A stretch of 32,000 nucleotides of DNA from Candidatus Babelota bacterium (GCA_039809905.1 JBDHVY010000001.1:630001-662000), one strand, 5' to 3'. Counted from the stretch's first letter, positions 17,260 through 26,604 are shown. Made by a program: numbers and translations. Notes: generated by a model from the letters alone, not told the origin.

Positions 17260-18726
17260 TTATGAGTTTAAATATTTTTTGATAAGATCATTAATGACTT
17301 GAGTATTTCCTTTTCCTTTGGTTTTTTGCATCATCTGACCCACAAAAAAACCAAATAATTTTTCTTTGCCAGAGCGATATTCGGCAACTTGCTTAGGATT
17401 TGCTTGTATAATTTCTTGCACCATTGCATCTAGTTCGTCAACTGATCCAATTTGTTTTAATCCTTTTTCTTCGATAATAACTATTGGATCTTGATTGCTA
17501 GAAGCAATGAGTAGTAGCACTTCTTTTGCAGTTGGGGTATTGATAACTCCTTGATCGACAAGATCAACTAATTGTGCCAAGCGTTCTGGAGAGATAGGGC
17601 ATTGTGCCAGTTCAATTTTCTCTTCTTTAAGATATCCAACTAAATCACGCAGAATCCAATTAATAAGATTTGCGCTTGTTGTGTGTTTGCGTGCTGCATC
17701 AAAATAATGTGCAAGCTCATTATCTTCAATTAAAATGTCTGCTTCATAATCCATTAACCCTAGTTGGGTGGTAAATCGTTCAAACTTAGCTAATGGAAGT
17801 TCAGGCATAGATTTTTTTGCTTGCTCAAGACGTTCTTGCGTAATATGGATGATTGGTAAATCTGGTTCTTGAAAAAAGCGATAATCTGCTGTTTCCTCTT
17901 TAGATCGCATCATGATAGTAGTGCGTTCTTTGGAATCCCATAAGCGAGTTTCTGATCGTACTTTGCCGCCAGCTTCCAAAATAGAAATTTGGCGTTCTAG
18001 TTCATGTTCAGTAGCATCAACAATAAATTTAAACGAATTAATATTTTTAAGTTCACATTTAGTTCCAAGTTCTTTTTGGCCTTTTTTACGAACGGAAATA
18101 TTGGTATCAGCTCGGAATGAACCTTCTTCCATGTTACCTGTGCAAATGCCTAAATATTGCACAATAGAGCGCAAGGCTTTGAGATATTTACGAACTTCAT
18201 CAGAAGTAGAAATATCAGGATGACTTACAATTTCAAGAAGCGGTGTTCCTGCTCGGTTCAAATCAACAAAACTTTCATTGCTATGATTTGAATGAATATT
18301 TTTACCTGCATCTTCTTCGATATGGATGCGAATTAAATTAATATTTTTTGTGCTTCCATCATCAAGCCTGATAGTTATGTATCCATTTGTACAAATTGGC
18401 TCTGCTTGCTGAGTAATCTGAAAATTTTTTGGTAAATCAGGATAAAAATAATGTTTGCGATCAAAAGTTGATTTTTCATTGATGGTTGAATTGGTTCCCA
18501 ATCCTGCCAAAATTGCATAATCAACTACTTTCTCATTGAGCATTGGCATTGCACCAGGATATCCTGCACAAATAGGACATATATTTGAATTAGGATCTTG
18601 TGCTACGGTGTTGGGACAAGAACAAAAAATTTTGGTTTTGGTGGTAAGTTGTACGTGAACTTCCATACCAATTGTTGCTTCGTAATCAGGGTATTTATCA
18701 AGTATAGAGCTGATGTGTTCTGCCAT
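17260..18726 (-). CDS. gatB: Aspartyl/glutamyl-tRNA(Asn/Gln) amidotransferase subunit B
   Basis: YEATIGMEVHVQLTTKTKIFCSCPN...CPICAGYPGAMPMLN...DRKHYFYPDLPKNFQITQ...DLNRAGTPLLEIVSHPDI; C-terminal YqeY-like tail. Confidence 0.98.
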   Translation of the reverse strand: MAEHISSILDKYPDYEATIGMEVHVQLTTKTKIFCSCPNTVAQDPNSNICPICAGYPGAMPMLNEKVVDYAILAGLGTNSTINEKSTFDRKHYFYPDLPKNFQITQQAEPICTNGYITIRLDDGSTKNINLIRIHIEEDAGKNIHSNHSNESFVDLNRAGTPLLEIVSHPDISTSDEVRKYLKALRSIVQYLGICTGNMEEGSFRADTNISVRKKGQKELGTKCELKNINSFKFIVDATEHELERQISILEAGGKVRSETRLWDSKERTTIMMRSKEETADYRFFQEPDLPIIHITQERLEQAKKSMPELPLAKFERFTTQLGLMDYEADILIEDNELAHYFDAARKHTTSANLINWILRDLVGYLKEEKIELAQCPISPERLAQLVDLVDQGVINTPTAKEVLLLIASSNQDPIVIIEEKGLKQIGSVDELDAMVQEIIQANPKQVAEYRSGKEKLFGFFVGQMMQKTKGKGNTQVINDLIKKYLNS

Positions 18727-18759
18727 AAGGAGGTTCCCAAATATATTTTTATGATCAGT

Positions 18760-20268
18760 TTACTGTTTTTTTTCGATTTTGTATTTATCAATAGCAAGAT
18801 CTTTATTACTCAATAGAGTAATTTTTAATTTAAAAGTGTTTTCTAGTTTTAAGATGGCATTGTATTCAATCGAAGTTATATAATTAAATACATGAGGATG
18901 CACTTGAACCTCAATTCTGCTGCTGGTTATAGTTTTTAACTCATTGCCAATTGAGCGCAATATAGTATAACTTTCTGTTTGATCTGATTTAATAAACCCT
19001 GATCCGTGGCAGGTTGGGCAATCATTGGTTAGTTGTTGAATCAGTGTTTTTCCTGAGCGCTTGCGGGTCATTTGCACAAGACCAAATTCTGATATTTTAA
19101 GAACAACTGATTGGAATTTGTCCCGTTCTTTTAATATTTTTTCAAAAAAACTAAATACTTTTTTGCGATTGGCTTCAATTGCCATATCAATAAAATCAAT
19201 AACAATAAGTCCGCCAATATTACGTAATCTCAACTGTTGAACCACTTCTTCAGCTGCTTCAAGATTAGTTTTTAGAATGGTATCTTCAAGATTGCTTTTA
19301 CCAATAAAACGTCCTGTATTGACGTCAACCACGGTCATTGCTTCTGTTGATTCAATAATAATTGAGCCGCCAGATTTCAGAGAAACTTTTTTCTTGAGAG
19401 CTTGTTCAATTTGTTTTTCAATGCCATATGCCGAAAAAATGTTTACCGTGTCATCATATGCCTGAATAACATGGGCAAATTCTGGGGCGATTTGTTTGGC
19501 AAAGCTATAAAGCTCATATTGGCTTTCTTTTGAATCAGTGATGATTGCTTCGACATCGCTATCTAAGTGGTCGCGTACAATTTGCAGCACCAATGGTAAA
19601 TCTTGATGAATTTTTTCAGAAGGTTTTGCGGCTGCAAACTTCTTTTCTATGCCATGCCATTCGGTTACTAAATACTGCAGATCTTTCAAAAGATCTTTTT
19701 CCAAGCGGTTTTCAGATGTTGTCCTGATAATAGCACCCATGCCTTCTGGCAAATGGTCTTTGATGATTGTTTTGAGCCGTGCTCGTTCTTCACGATCTTC
19801 GATTTTTTTAGACACTCCAATGCGTGGAATATTAGGCATCAGAACAATAAATCTGCCAGGCAGGGTAAAGCATGTTGTCAGTTTTGCGCCTTTTTCATAA
19901 ATAGGCTCTTTGCTGACCTGGACTAAAATAGGTTCATTTTCCTTGAGAATTTTGCTGATATCTCTCTTTTGGGTGACTTTTTTTTCTATTTTTGGTTCAT
20001 CTTCATCGTCTTCAAGCTGTTGGCTGATCTTTTGCATAGCCAATTCTCTATCGATTTCTGAAATATGTAAAAAGCCAGCTTTTTCTTGGCCAAACTCAAT
20101 AAAGGCTGTTTGAATGCCAGGCAAGACCTTAGTTACCGTTCCTTTGAAATAGGCACGCTCAAGGACTTCATGTGTGGGCGCAGAGAAATAGATGTTTTGT
20201 AATTTGCCGTTTGTAATGATTGCTATCCGTATTTCCCACGGATTATCATTTATAATAATTTTTTTCAT
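18760..20268 (-). CDS. rng: Ribonuclease E/G family protein
   Basis: S1-like GTVTKVLPGIQTAFIEFGQEKAGFLHISEI; catalytic SGGSIIIESTEAMTVVDVNTGRFIGK; GLIVIDFIDM; FGLVQMTRKR; Zn-link CPTCHGSGF. Confidence 0.95.
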   Translation of the reverse strand: MKKIIINDNPWEIRIAIITNGKLQNIYFSAPTHEVLERAYFKGTVTKVLPGIQTAFIEFGQEKAGFLHISEIDRELAMQKISQQLEDDEDEPKIEKKVTQKRDISKILKENEPILVQVSKEPIYEKGAKLTTCFTLPGRFIVLMPNIPRIGVSKKIEDREERARLKTIIKDHLPEGMGAIIRTTSENRLEKDLLKDLQYLVTEWHGIEKKFAAAKPSEKIHQDLPLVLQIVRDHLDSDVEAIITDSKESQYELYSFAKQIAPEFAHVIQAYDDTVNIFSAYGIEKQIEQALKKKVSLKSGGSIIIESTEAMTVVDVNTGRFIGKSNLEDTILKTNLEAAEEVVQQLRLRNIGGLIVIDFIDMAIEANRKKVFSFFEKILKERDKFQSVVLKISEFGLVQMTRKRSGKTLIQQLTNDCPTCHGSGFIKSDQTESYTILRSIGNELKTITSSRIEVQVHPHVFNYITSIEYNAILKLENTFKLKITLLSNKDLAIDKYKIEKKQ

Positions 20269-20414
20269 AGTTAAATTAAGTAGAGGTTATAATGCTTTAT
20301 ATTTAATATAGATTAATTGTGCAATATTGGGTAGAAAAATGGTCAAAAATGTGTTAGATTCTGTTCAACATTGGGTAAATTGAAGTCAAATATATATTTT
20401 TAAGGATGGTTCTA

Positions 20415-21155
20415 ATGAAAAAAGCGTCTCTTTTGGTCTTAGCTCTTGTTGCACTATTGCCCGGCTGTTGCTGCCGTAAAAACCAAGAATCAGTAAATAA
20501 ACCAGTTCGTAGAAATAACGTTGAAAAATACATGCAAACGGATGTGGCCGTAGAAGAAGAAAATGTAGATGGAGACGAAGATGGTTCTCTTGATGAAGTA
20601 GACTTTAATATCGATCTTAGCGATGAAGATTATGAAGAGCTTTTAAAGGCGCTTAAAGATAATGTGGATGAAGATGTGGATGGCGATGGTCTAGGCTATA
20701 TAGCTGAAGAAGATTCTGATGAAGAAGATGCCGATGAAGAAGATTCCGAAGAGATGGCATTTAATTGGATAGATTCACAAACAGATGATGAGTTTAAAAA
20801 ACTATACTTCTCATTCAACCACTATGGTATTAGAGCTGACCAAAAAACAGCACTCGCATACGATATTGAGCAAGTTAAACAATTAGTTGCTGAAGCTGGT
20901 AATGTACAGCCAACTATTGTGATTGAAGGACATGCGTGTCAAGAAGGTACTCCTTCCTACAACTTAGCATTATCAGAAAAACGTGCGAAAAATGTAGCGG
21001 ATCTTTTTGTAGCAGCTGGTGTTGATCAACGCTTGATTAAAGTTGTTGGTCGTGGCCAAGAATGCCCAACTGTTATGAATGGTAAAGTGGTTAATGGATC
21101 TCGTGAAGATCGTGCGCCAAATCGCCGTGTTGAAGTTCGTGTAATTTATACATAA
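20415..21155 (+). CDS. OmpA/Pal-like lipoprotein with Asp/Glu-rich linker
   Basis: Signal/lipobox-like MKKASLLVLALVALLPGCCC; long acidic segment; OmpA domain IVIEGHACQEGTPSYNLALSEKRAKNVADLFVAAGVDQRLIKVVGRGQE...NRRVEVRV. Start set to ATG 20415 because the 20406 ATG overlaps the SD TAAGGAT. Confidence 0.9.
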   Translation: MKKASLLVLALVALLPGCCCRKNQESVNKPVRRNNVEKYMQTDVAVEEENVDGDEDGSLDEVDFNIDLSDEDYEELLKALKDNVDEDVDGDGLGYIAEEDSDEEDADEEDSEEMAFNWIDSQTDDEFKKLYFSFNHYGIRADQKTALAYDIEQVKQLVAEAGNVQPTIVIEGHACQEGTPSYNLALSEKRAKNVADLFVAAGVDQRLIKVVGRGQECPTVMNGKVVNGSREDRAPNRRVEVRVIYT

Positions 21156-21178
21156 CATTGTTTATACAAGATTTCTGA

Positions 21179-21222
21179 ATAGCGCTCCATGTACTTTGTA
21201 TGTGGAGCGCTATCTGTTTTTT
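21179..21222. terminator. Strong stem-loop between convergent genes (functions at least on +)
   Basis: 16-bp stem atagcgctccatgtac (21179-21194) / gtatgtggagcgctat (21198-21213) with two G-U pairs, then ctgtttttt. Confidence 0.88.
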
Positions 21223-22358
21223 AGTATGTCTTTGACCAATTTCTTTAATTCCTGCGCAAAGTCCTTTTTATCCAATTTTTCAATCTTATTTTTATACGCT
21301 ATCAGTTTATCCTTGTTTTCCAATACACGTGCAATCAGTGGAGCAACCATATTGTGTTCTGTTATGGATGTACCAAAAAGATGCTTTTTTATAAAATGAT
21401 GGTTAAATTCTTCCCAAGAAATAGGGGTTGAGGTAGCATCAAGAAACAATGGAAGATTCATGTATAAGGCTTCGCAGATGCTTAACGTTCCAGATTTTGT
21501 GATCAAAAGATCAGATAATTGCATATAGTCGGCAATATTTTTGGTAAAGCCGATTATAAATAGATCTATGTGGTTTGGAACAAAAAGCTGGGCAAGGTCT
21601 TTTTTGCTTTTTTCATTTTTTCCAACGCAAACAATAAGATTAAATGATTGTTGTAGAGTAGTTAGTTGTGCTGTGTATTGCTTTATGTCGTCAGAACCGA
21701 GCGATCCCATCAGCAGCATAACGGTGGGCTTGTTACCATTAATCCTGTATTTCTGTTGAAGATCGTGTTTGTTTTTTAAAAGAAAGAAATCTCTTCGTAA
21801 TGGTGAACCGAGAATATGGATATGACTATCTGGTATGTGTGCGTTGCGTATTGGCTGCATGATATCAGGATCATTAAATGGCAAACATAAGTAAAACTGT
21901 TCATAGGCTAGATCAGCAATACCTATAATATAAGGAGTTACATCCAAATCAGTTGGCATGAGCACAAATGGAATATTAAGTTCCTGTGCTACATTAAGGA
22001 CCATATTGTTAATGATGGGGATAACTGAAATAATCAAATCTGGTTTTGTTGTAGTAAAGTAATTCCGTAATAATGCCATTATTTTTTCTTTTTGAGATTG
22101 GAGATACCATGTGCCAATGCCATAAATCCATTTCAGCAGCAGAACATGTTTTCCTGGTAATAAAGCATTATACATCTGTTCGCTTGAGTAGTTTTCAAAT
22201 GTTAAAAACTTGAAAGGATCAATAGAAAAAAGTATTTCGGTAAAAGCGTGACAGAGCTGAACATCATAATCAGCATGTAAATAGTCTTTCATAGCTTCAC
22301 TTGCAGCAGAATGTCCACCGCCACCAAAACTTGTTAAAATAATAATTTTCTTTTTCAT
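21210..22358 (-). CDS. MGDG-synthase/processive diacylglycerol glycosyltransferase-like GT (MurG/UgtP superfamily)
   Basis: IIILTSFGGGGHSAASEAMKDYL; PDLIISVIPIINN; GSPLRRDFF; VMLLMGSLGSDDIKQYTAQL; GFTKNIADYMQLSDLLITKSGTLSICEALYMNLPLFL. Confidence 0.87.
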   Translation of the reverse strand: MKKKIIILTSFGGGGHSAASEAMKDYLHADYDVQLCHAFTEILFSIDPFKFLTFENYSSEQMYNALLPGKHVLLLKWIYGIGTWYLQSQKEKIMALLRNYFTTTKPDLIISVIPIINNMVLNVAQELNIPFVLMPTDLDVTPYIIGIADLAYEQFYLCLPFNDPDIMQPIRNAHIPDSHIHILGSPLRRDFFLLKNKHDLQQKYRINGNKPTVMLLMGSLGSDDIKQYTAQLTTLQQSFNLIVCVGKNEKSKKDLAQLFVPNHIDLFIIGFTKNIADYMQLSDLLITKSGTLSICEALYMNLPLFLDATSTPISWEEFNHHFIKKHLFGTSITEHNMVAPLIARVLENKDKLIAYKNKIEKLDKKDFAQELKKLVKDILKNR

Positions 22359-23110
22359 GGGTAATTTTTTAATATTGGTTTACAGGTGTTTATTTCCGCT
22401 TGATCATATAATCTTATTTTCTTATGTAATCGTTTATAAGGTTTATTAAGGAAAAAGAATCGTAATTTTTTTACAAAACAGGATCGCAGTTTTATATATT
22501 TTTTGGTTAGAACGCCCATTTTGGGATGAACCACACATGCTTTGACAGCGATATTTTTGACGTCCTTATTCTGTGCAATTGCTCTTTTGACAATATTCCA
22601 CTTTACAATGGCAATACGATCTTTTTCTTTATAAGAAGCTTGTGAAACTTGTTTTAAGGCATTATTAAAATTATATAATAAGTCATCTTTGTAACGATCA
22701 AATCTGACAATATAGGTAGCACTTTTTTTATTTTCATGTCTGGAATAACAAATAATATAGATAGTGTTATGTGCGCTATTGATGTCTATATATTTTTGTA
22801 CTTGTTCAATAGTAAGCCCGGTAGTTATGGGTAAAATTCCTTCTTCAAAAAATTCTCGTGCAGCGGTTATAAGAGGATGAGTTTCATTTTTTTCTTTGCC
22901 TCCTCCAAAGTCATCATATGTTCCACGAGAATTTCCTTCTGCTTCTCGAGCCAAAATAAGGTATTTTGTATTGTTATAGGTAAATACCGGAAGCACTGAT
23001 GCACTGGTAAAATTAAAGTCTGTTAAATATTCTTTTGCGTGAGTAATGCTCGATGCAAAGTATGATAGCAAAAAACCTAAGAGCATTGCTCGACAATTGA
23101 TTTTTAGCAT
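22355..23110 (-). CDS. Exported Nudix-like protein (divergent Nudix box)
   Basis: Signal-like LLGFLLSYFASSITHAKE; YLILAREAEGNSRGTYDDFGGGKEKNETHPLITAAREFFEEGI; shares REKDRIA / KEKDRIA and FFxNKPY blocks with the next ORF. ATGA overlap with the downstream gene. Confidence 0.72.
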   Translation of the reverse strand: MLKINCRAMLLGFLLSYFASSITHAKEYLTDFNFTSASVLPVFTYNNTKYLILAREAEGNSRGTYDDFGGGKEKNETHPLITAAREFFEEGILPITTGLTIEQVQKYIDINSAHNTIYIICYSRHENKKSATYIVRFDRYKDDLLYNFNNALKQVSQASYKEKDRIAIVKWNIVKRAIAQNKDVKNIAVKACVVHPKMGVLTKKYIKLRSCFVKKLRFFFLNKPYKRLHKKIRLYDQAEINTCKPILKNYP

Positions 23111-23131
23111 AATTTTGCCTATGTTTTTATG

Positions 23132-24322
23132 TTATTTGCTATCTACCCAATCCCAAAATCTATCCCACCATGATGGTCTTTGCGGAGCCAATTTGCGTTG
23201 CGGTAATCTTGGCTGTTGAACAGCAGCTCTTTGTGGAATTTTTGCCGCAGGTGTTGCTTTGACTGCTGGCGCAACAGCTGCTGGTTTAACAACCACTGGA
23301 GCTTGAGCTGGTGATGGAGTTATTCGTTGTGGTGCTGGCATTGGTGCCGGTGTAATTACTGGTTTTCTGGTGAATTGATCGTAACGTCTTATTTTGTTAT
23401 TTACATCTTCCTGATATGGCTTATTCATAAAAAATGGTCGTAGTTTTTTTACTAACCAAGGTCGTAATGTGATTGTTTCTTCAGACCATTGTTGGCCATA
23501 AAGCGTAAGCGGGTTTTTACATAATGATCTACGTGGAGGGCATAGCACAAGTGCTGTTACTGTTCTGCCACTATTTATAGGATCATTGTTGATGAGTGTT
23601 TCAATGGTTTGCCAGTTCACCAGAGCAATGCGATCTTTTTCTCTTGAATGACGATTTTTTGTATTTCTTAAGGCAGTATAGAAATTTTTGAATAATGCAT
23701 CTTTATAAAGGCTAAAATCGGTAATATAGATGATACCGCTAGAAAAAGCTATGACATGGTGCGTATTATTTGATGCTACATCGATAAATTTGATTGTATT
23801 TGATAAAGAAAGACCACAACTGTCTTTTAAAATAGCTTCTTCATAAAATTCACGTGCAGCTGCAAAATAGTATGGTTCAGGCTCATTTTTAAGTGGTCCA
23901 AAATCATAATCTCTGCTTCCCCCAAAATCATCATATGTCCCTTTATCTTTTGATCTGCCTCTTTCACTTTCTCGCGATAAAATCAAGTATTTTATACCAT
24001 TGCTATCAGTAAAAAAAGGAAGAACTGATCCTGCTCCAAAGCGATAGTTGATTATTTCCAATGGTGTTTGGGTTTGTTGGTGTGCTTGCGGAAGTTGTTG
24101 AAGTTGAGGTTGTTGTTGACCTCGCGCAACTTGCTGTTGAGGTGCTTGTTGAGGTCGTTGTTGTGCTTGCGGAGTTTGTCTGGCAGGAACAGGTTGCTGT
24201 TGCAATAGTTGTTGCTGTGCTTGAGCTTTGTTGCGCTGTCCGCCTTTTGCCAGAATAGGATTGTTGGTGATGATATTCAACAAGAACGCTAATGTAAATA
24301 TTACATTTTTAGTTTTTAGCAT
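23132..24322 (-). CDS. Exported Nudix-like protein with Q/P-rich N- and A/P-rich C-terminal low-complexity arms
   Basis: MLKTKNVIFTLAFLLNIITNNPILAKG signal; YLILSRESERGRSKDKGTYDDFGG...EPYYFAAAREFYEEAI. Start moved to ATG 24322, preceded by AAGGAA (track start 24364). Confidence 0.72.
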   Translation of the reverse strand: MLKTKNVIFTLAFLLNIITNNPILAKGGQRNKAQAQQQLLQQQPVPARQTPQAQQRPQQAPQQQVARGQQQPQLQQLPQAHQQTQTPLEIINYRFGAGSVLPFFTDSNGIKYLILSRESERGRSKDKGTYDDFGGSRDYDFGPLKNEPEPYYFAAAREFYEEAILKDSCGLSLSNTIKFIDVASNNTHHVIAFSSGIIYITDFSLYKDALFKNFYTALRNTKNRHSREKDRIALVNWQTIETLINNDPINSGRTVTALVLCPPRRSLCKNPLTLYGQQWSEETITLRPWLVKKLRPFFMNKPYQEDVNNKIRRYDQFTRKPVITPAPMPAPQRITPSPAQAPVVVKPAAVAPAVKATPAAKIPQRAAVQQPRLPQRKLAPQRPSWWDRFWDWVDSK

Positions 24323-24418
24323 GATACTATTCCTTATTTTGATTTTAAAAAACTCAGATAGCATTATTATCTAAAATATAAGCAGAAAATAGCAATAGTT
24401 TATACAAGAGTTATTTTT

Positions 24419-25813
24419 CTATTTGCCTACGCAAAATTCACGAAACACAGCATCCATACCAGCTTCGCTTATTGTTTTTCCGGTTAACTCAGAAAGTGTG
24501 GTTAGTGCATCATGTAAATGATAAGAAATGATTTCATAGCTGATATTATTTTCTGTGAGCATGGAATTTATAATGGTAAGGTTACGCTCAAGTGCAAGAA
24601 GAGCATTAAAATGGCGTTGGTTAAGTAAGAAAGGAGACCCAATAGATGCAAATAATGTGTTAATTTTGTGTTGAATTGCATCTTCAACGATATTTATGCC
24701 AGTTTTATTGATGCTACTGACGGAATAGATTGTTGTGTGTTCGAAAATTGAATGATGGTGTTGTTTTAAATCTAACTTATTAGCAACAACAATAATCTTA
24801 TCACCATATTTGCTTAAAAGATCCTGATAAACAGCTTGTTCTGCTGGTGAAAGTTCTTGTGATCCATCAAATACTAATAAAATAATATCTGCTTTGTATG
24901 CTTGCTCATGAGATTTTGTTATGCCTATTTGTTCGATAATATCATCTGTTGTACGCAGACCAGCAGTATCAATCAATGTCCAATAATTACCATTTTTATA
25001 CAATCCAGCTTCAATAACATCGCGCGTGGTGCCTGCAATGTTGGTAACAATTGCGCGTTGTGCATTAAGTAGGGCGTTAAATAGCGACGATTTACCCGCG
25101 TTAACAGACCCGATAATAGCTATACGAATACCATTTCTAATATGTTGCTGCTGATTAAATGTATTTTTGAGTTGAGTAGTTGTTGTAAAAATATGTTCGA
25201 TGATTTCTTTGATTTGTGTATTAAATTCCATGTTTTCTTCATCAAGAAATTCAAAACTTGCATCAGAAAGAGCGAGAGCCTTAATGAGTTGTTTTTCAAT
25301 GGAGGTAATCCATTGAGTAAAACTACCTTCCAGCTGAGAAAGAGATTGTTTAAGGGCAAGCTGTGTATTTGCATGTATAAGATCGTTAATCGCTTCGGCT
25401 TGCAAGATATCTATTTTATTATTTTGTACTGCTCTGCGAGAAAATTCGCCTTCTTGTGCGAGACGTGCCCCTGCTGTAATTGCAGTAGAAAGAATGTTTT
25501 GAATAATAAAAGGATTATTATGGCAAGTAATTTCTACTGTATCATCGCCAGTAAACGTATGAGGTGCATGCATTACCAAAAAAAGTACTTGATCAATATG
25601 ATTACCATCAGCATCCACAATATGACCATAATGGATGGTATGAGTTTGTTGAGTGCTGATTTTTTTGTTATGCGGTAAAGCGCTGATTGCATCAGCAACA
25701 GTTTGTGCATTATTGCCTGATAATCGCAATAATGCAATTGCACCACTTCCTTGTGGAGTGCATTGCGCAATGATAGGTTGATCGGAAATGATATTGTGTG
25801 TGGCCATAGACAT
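24419..25813 (-). CDS. mnmE: tRNA modification GTPase MnmE (TrmE)
   Basis: QPIIAQCTPQGSGAIALLRLSG N terminus; G1 GSVNAGKSSLFNALL; GTTRDVIEAG; DTAGLR; NKLD; C-terminal DAVFREFCVGK. Confidence 0.97.
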   Translation of the reverse strand: MSMATHNIISDQPIIAQCTPQGSGAIALLRLSGNNAQTVADAISALPHNKKISTQQTHTIHYGHIVDADGNHIDQVLFLVMHAPHTFTGDDTVEITCHNNPFIIQNILSTAITAGARLAQEGEFSRRAVQNNKIDILQAEAINDLIHANTQLALKQSLSQLEGSFTQWITSIEKQLIKALALSDASFEFLDEENMEFNTQIKEIIEHIFTTTTQLKNTFNQQQHIRNGIRIAIIGSVNAGKSSLFNALLNAQRAIVTNIAGTTRDVIEAGLYKNGNYWTLIDTAGLRTTDDIIEQIGITKSHEQAYKADIILLVFDGSQELSPAEQAVYQDLLSKYGDKIIVVANKLDLKQHHHSIFEHTTIYSVSSINKTGINIVEDAIQHKINTLFASIGSPFLLNQRHFNALLALERNLTIINSMLTENNISYEIISYHLHDALTTLSELTGKTISEAGMDAVFREFCVGK

Positions 25814-25842
25814 TGTTTTTATCGGAATTTTACCGCAATAGA

Positions 25843-26604
25843 TTAGGGAGTTGGAGTTAAAAAAATAACCTTGAGATCCTTAATCTCTTGCTTATATTGG
25901 TTGCGCAATGAAGAAATAATCAAATGTGCAAAACTGCGAAATAATTGTTTTTCATGCATTGCATCAGCAACAAGCGGCATGTTAAACGTAATTTTTAAAT
26001 TTTTACCAACAACTTCTGAATTGAATTGGATAGAGTTCATATTCAGTAATTCTAAAGTTTTTTTAAGCCAATTATGTGCACTTGCAATCATAGTATCATT
26101 CCATGCAGTAGGAGTGCGGCGTGGTTTTTCTTGTGTGCTAACTGCATGAGTAGATGGTGTTTTTTCTTGCGCTATATGCGATCTTGTTTGTTGGTTAGTA
26201 GTAGAATGAGGGGTTGGAGTTTTGCGTTGTTGAGCAACCTGTTTATTTTCCGGTTTATTATCCATAGCTTTAGCAGTAGGAGCAGAAGATGGTTTTTGTG
26301 ATGGTTGAGATACAGGGCTGCGATGCTCTTCTGTTTTTTCTACTGATTTATTTGCTACTGGTTTTGCAGGTGTAGGGCGGCATTCTTTTATTTCTTGGCG
26401 TGGTTTTTGAGCAGGTTTTTCATGAATAATGGGCTTATCGCCAAAAAAAATGCCAATTTTTGCTGATTTGGTTGTCATACCAAAAAAATTTTTTTCTTCT
26501 TTTTCAAAAATTTTTATTGAAAACTCTTTTGGATTTTCTGCTTGATTCCATGCTTTTTCGATAGCTTTCATTATTGATGATGCTTGCTCAATGATAGATT
26601 TCAT
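25843..26604 (-). CDS. Jag/KhpB-like protein (Jag_N domain, P/Q-rich linker, degenerate KH-like C terminus, no evident R3H)
   Basis: IMKAIEKAWNQAENPKEFSIKIFEKEEKNFFGMTTKSAKIGIFF matches the Jag_N pattern; position directly 5' of mnmE as in the classical jag-mnmE gene order. Confidence 0.7.
   Translation of the reverse strand: MKSIIEQASSIMKAIEKAWNQAENPKEFSIKIFEKEEKNFFGMTTKSAKIGIFFGDKPIIHEKPAQKPRQEIKECRPTPAKPVANKSVEKTEEHRSPVSQPSQKPSSAPTAKAMDNKPENKQVAQQRKTPTPHSTTNQQTRSHIAQEKTPSTHAVSTQEKPRRTPTAWNDTMIASAHNWLKKTLELLNMNSIQFNSEVVGKNLKITFNMPLVADAMHEKQLFRSFAHLIISSLRNQYKQEIKDLKVIFLTPTP

Noticed and set aside
19277-20113. Several plus-strand ORFs (60-83 aa) inside the RNase E/G gene
   Set aside because: All antisense to conserved catalytic-domain coding sequence.
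24061-24258. 65-aa plus-strand ORF rich in Val/Glu/Leu
   Set aside because: Exact antisense of the Q/P-rich repeat-coding part of the Nudix-like gene; a composition artefact with no recognisable domain.
24323-24364. Longer start for the second Nudix-like gene
   Set aside because: Adds a charged 14-aa stretch before the signal peptide; ATG 24322 has an AAGGAA SD at correct spacing.
25120-25678. 84-aa minus and 178-aa plus ORFs across mnmE
   Set aside because: Alternative-frame/antisense ORFs of the mnmE gene; the 178-aa ORF is long but mirrors mnmE codons and has no SD or recognisable domain.
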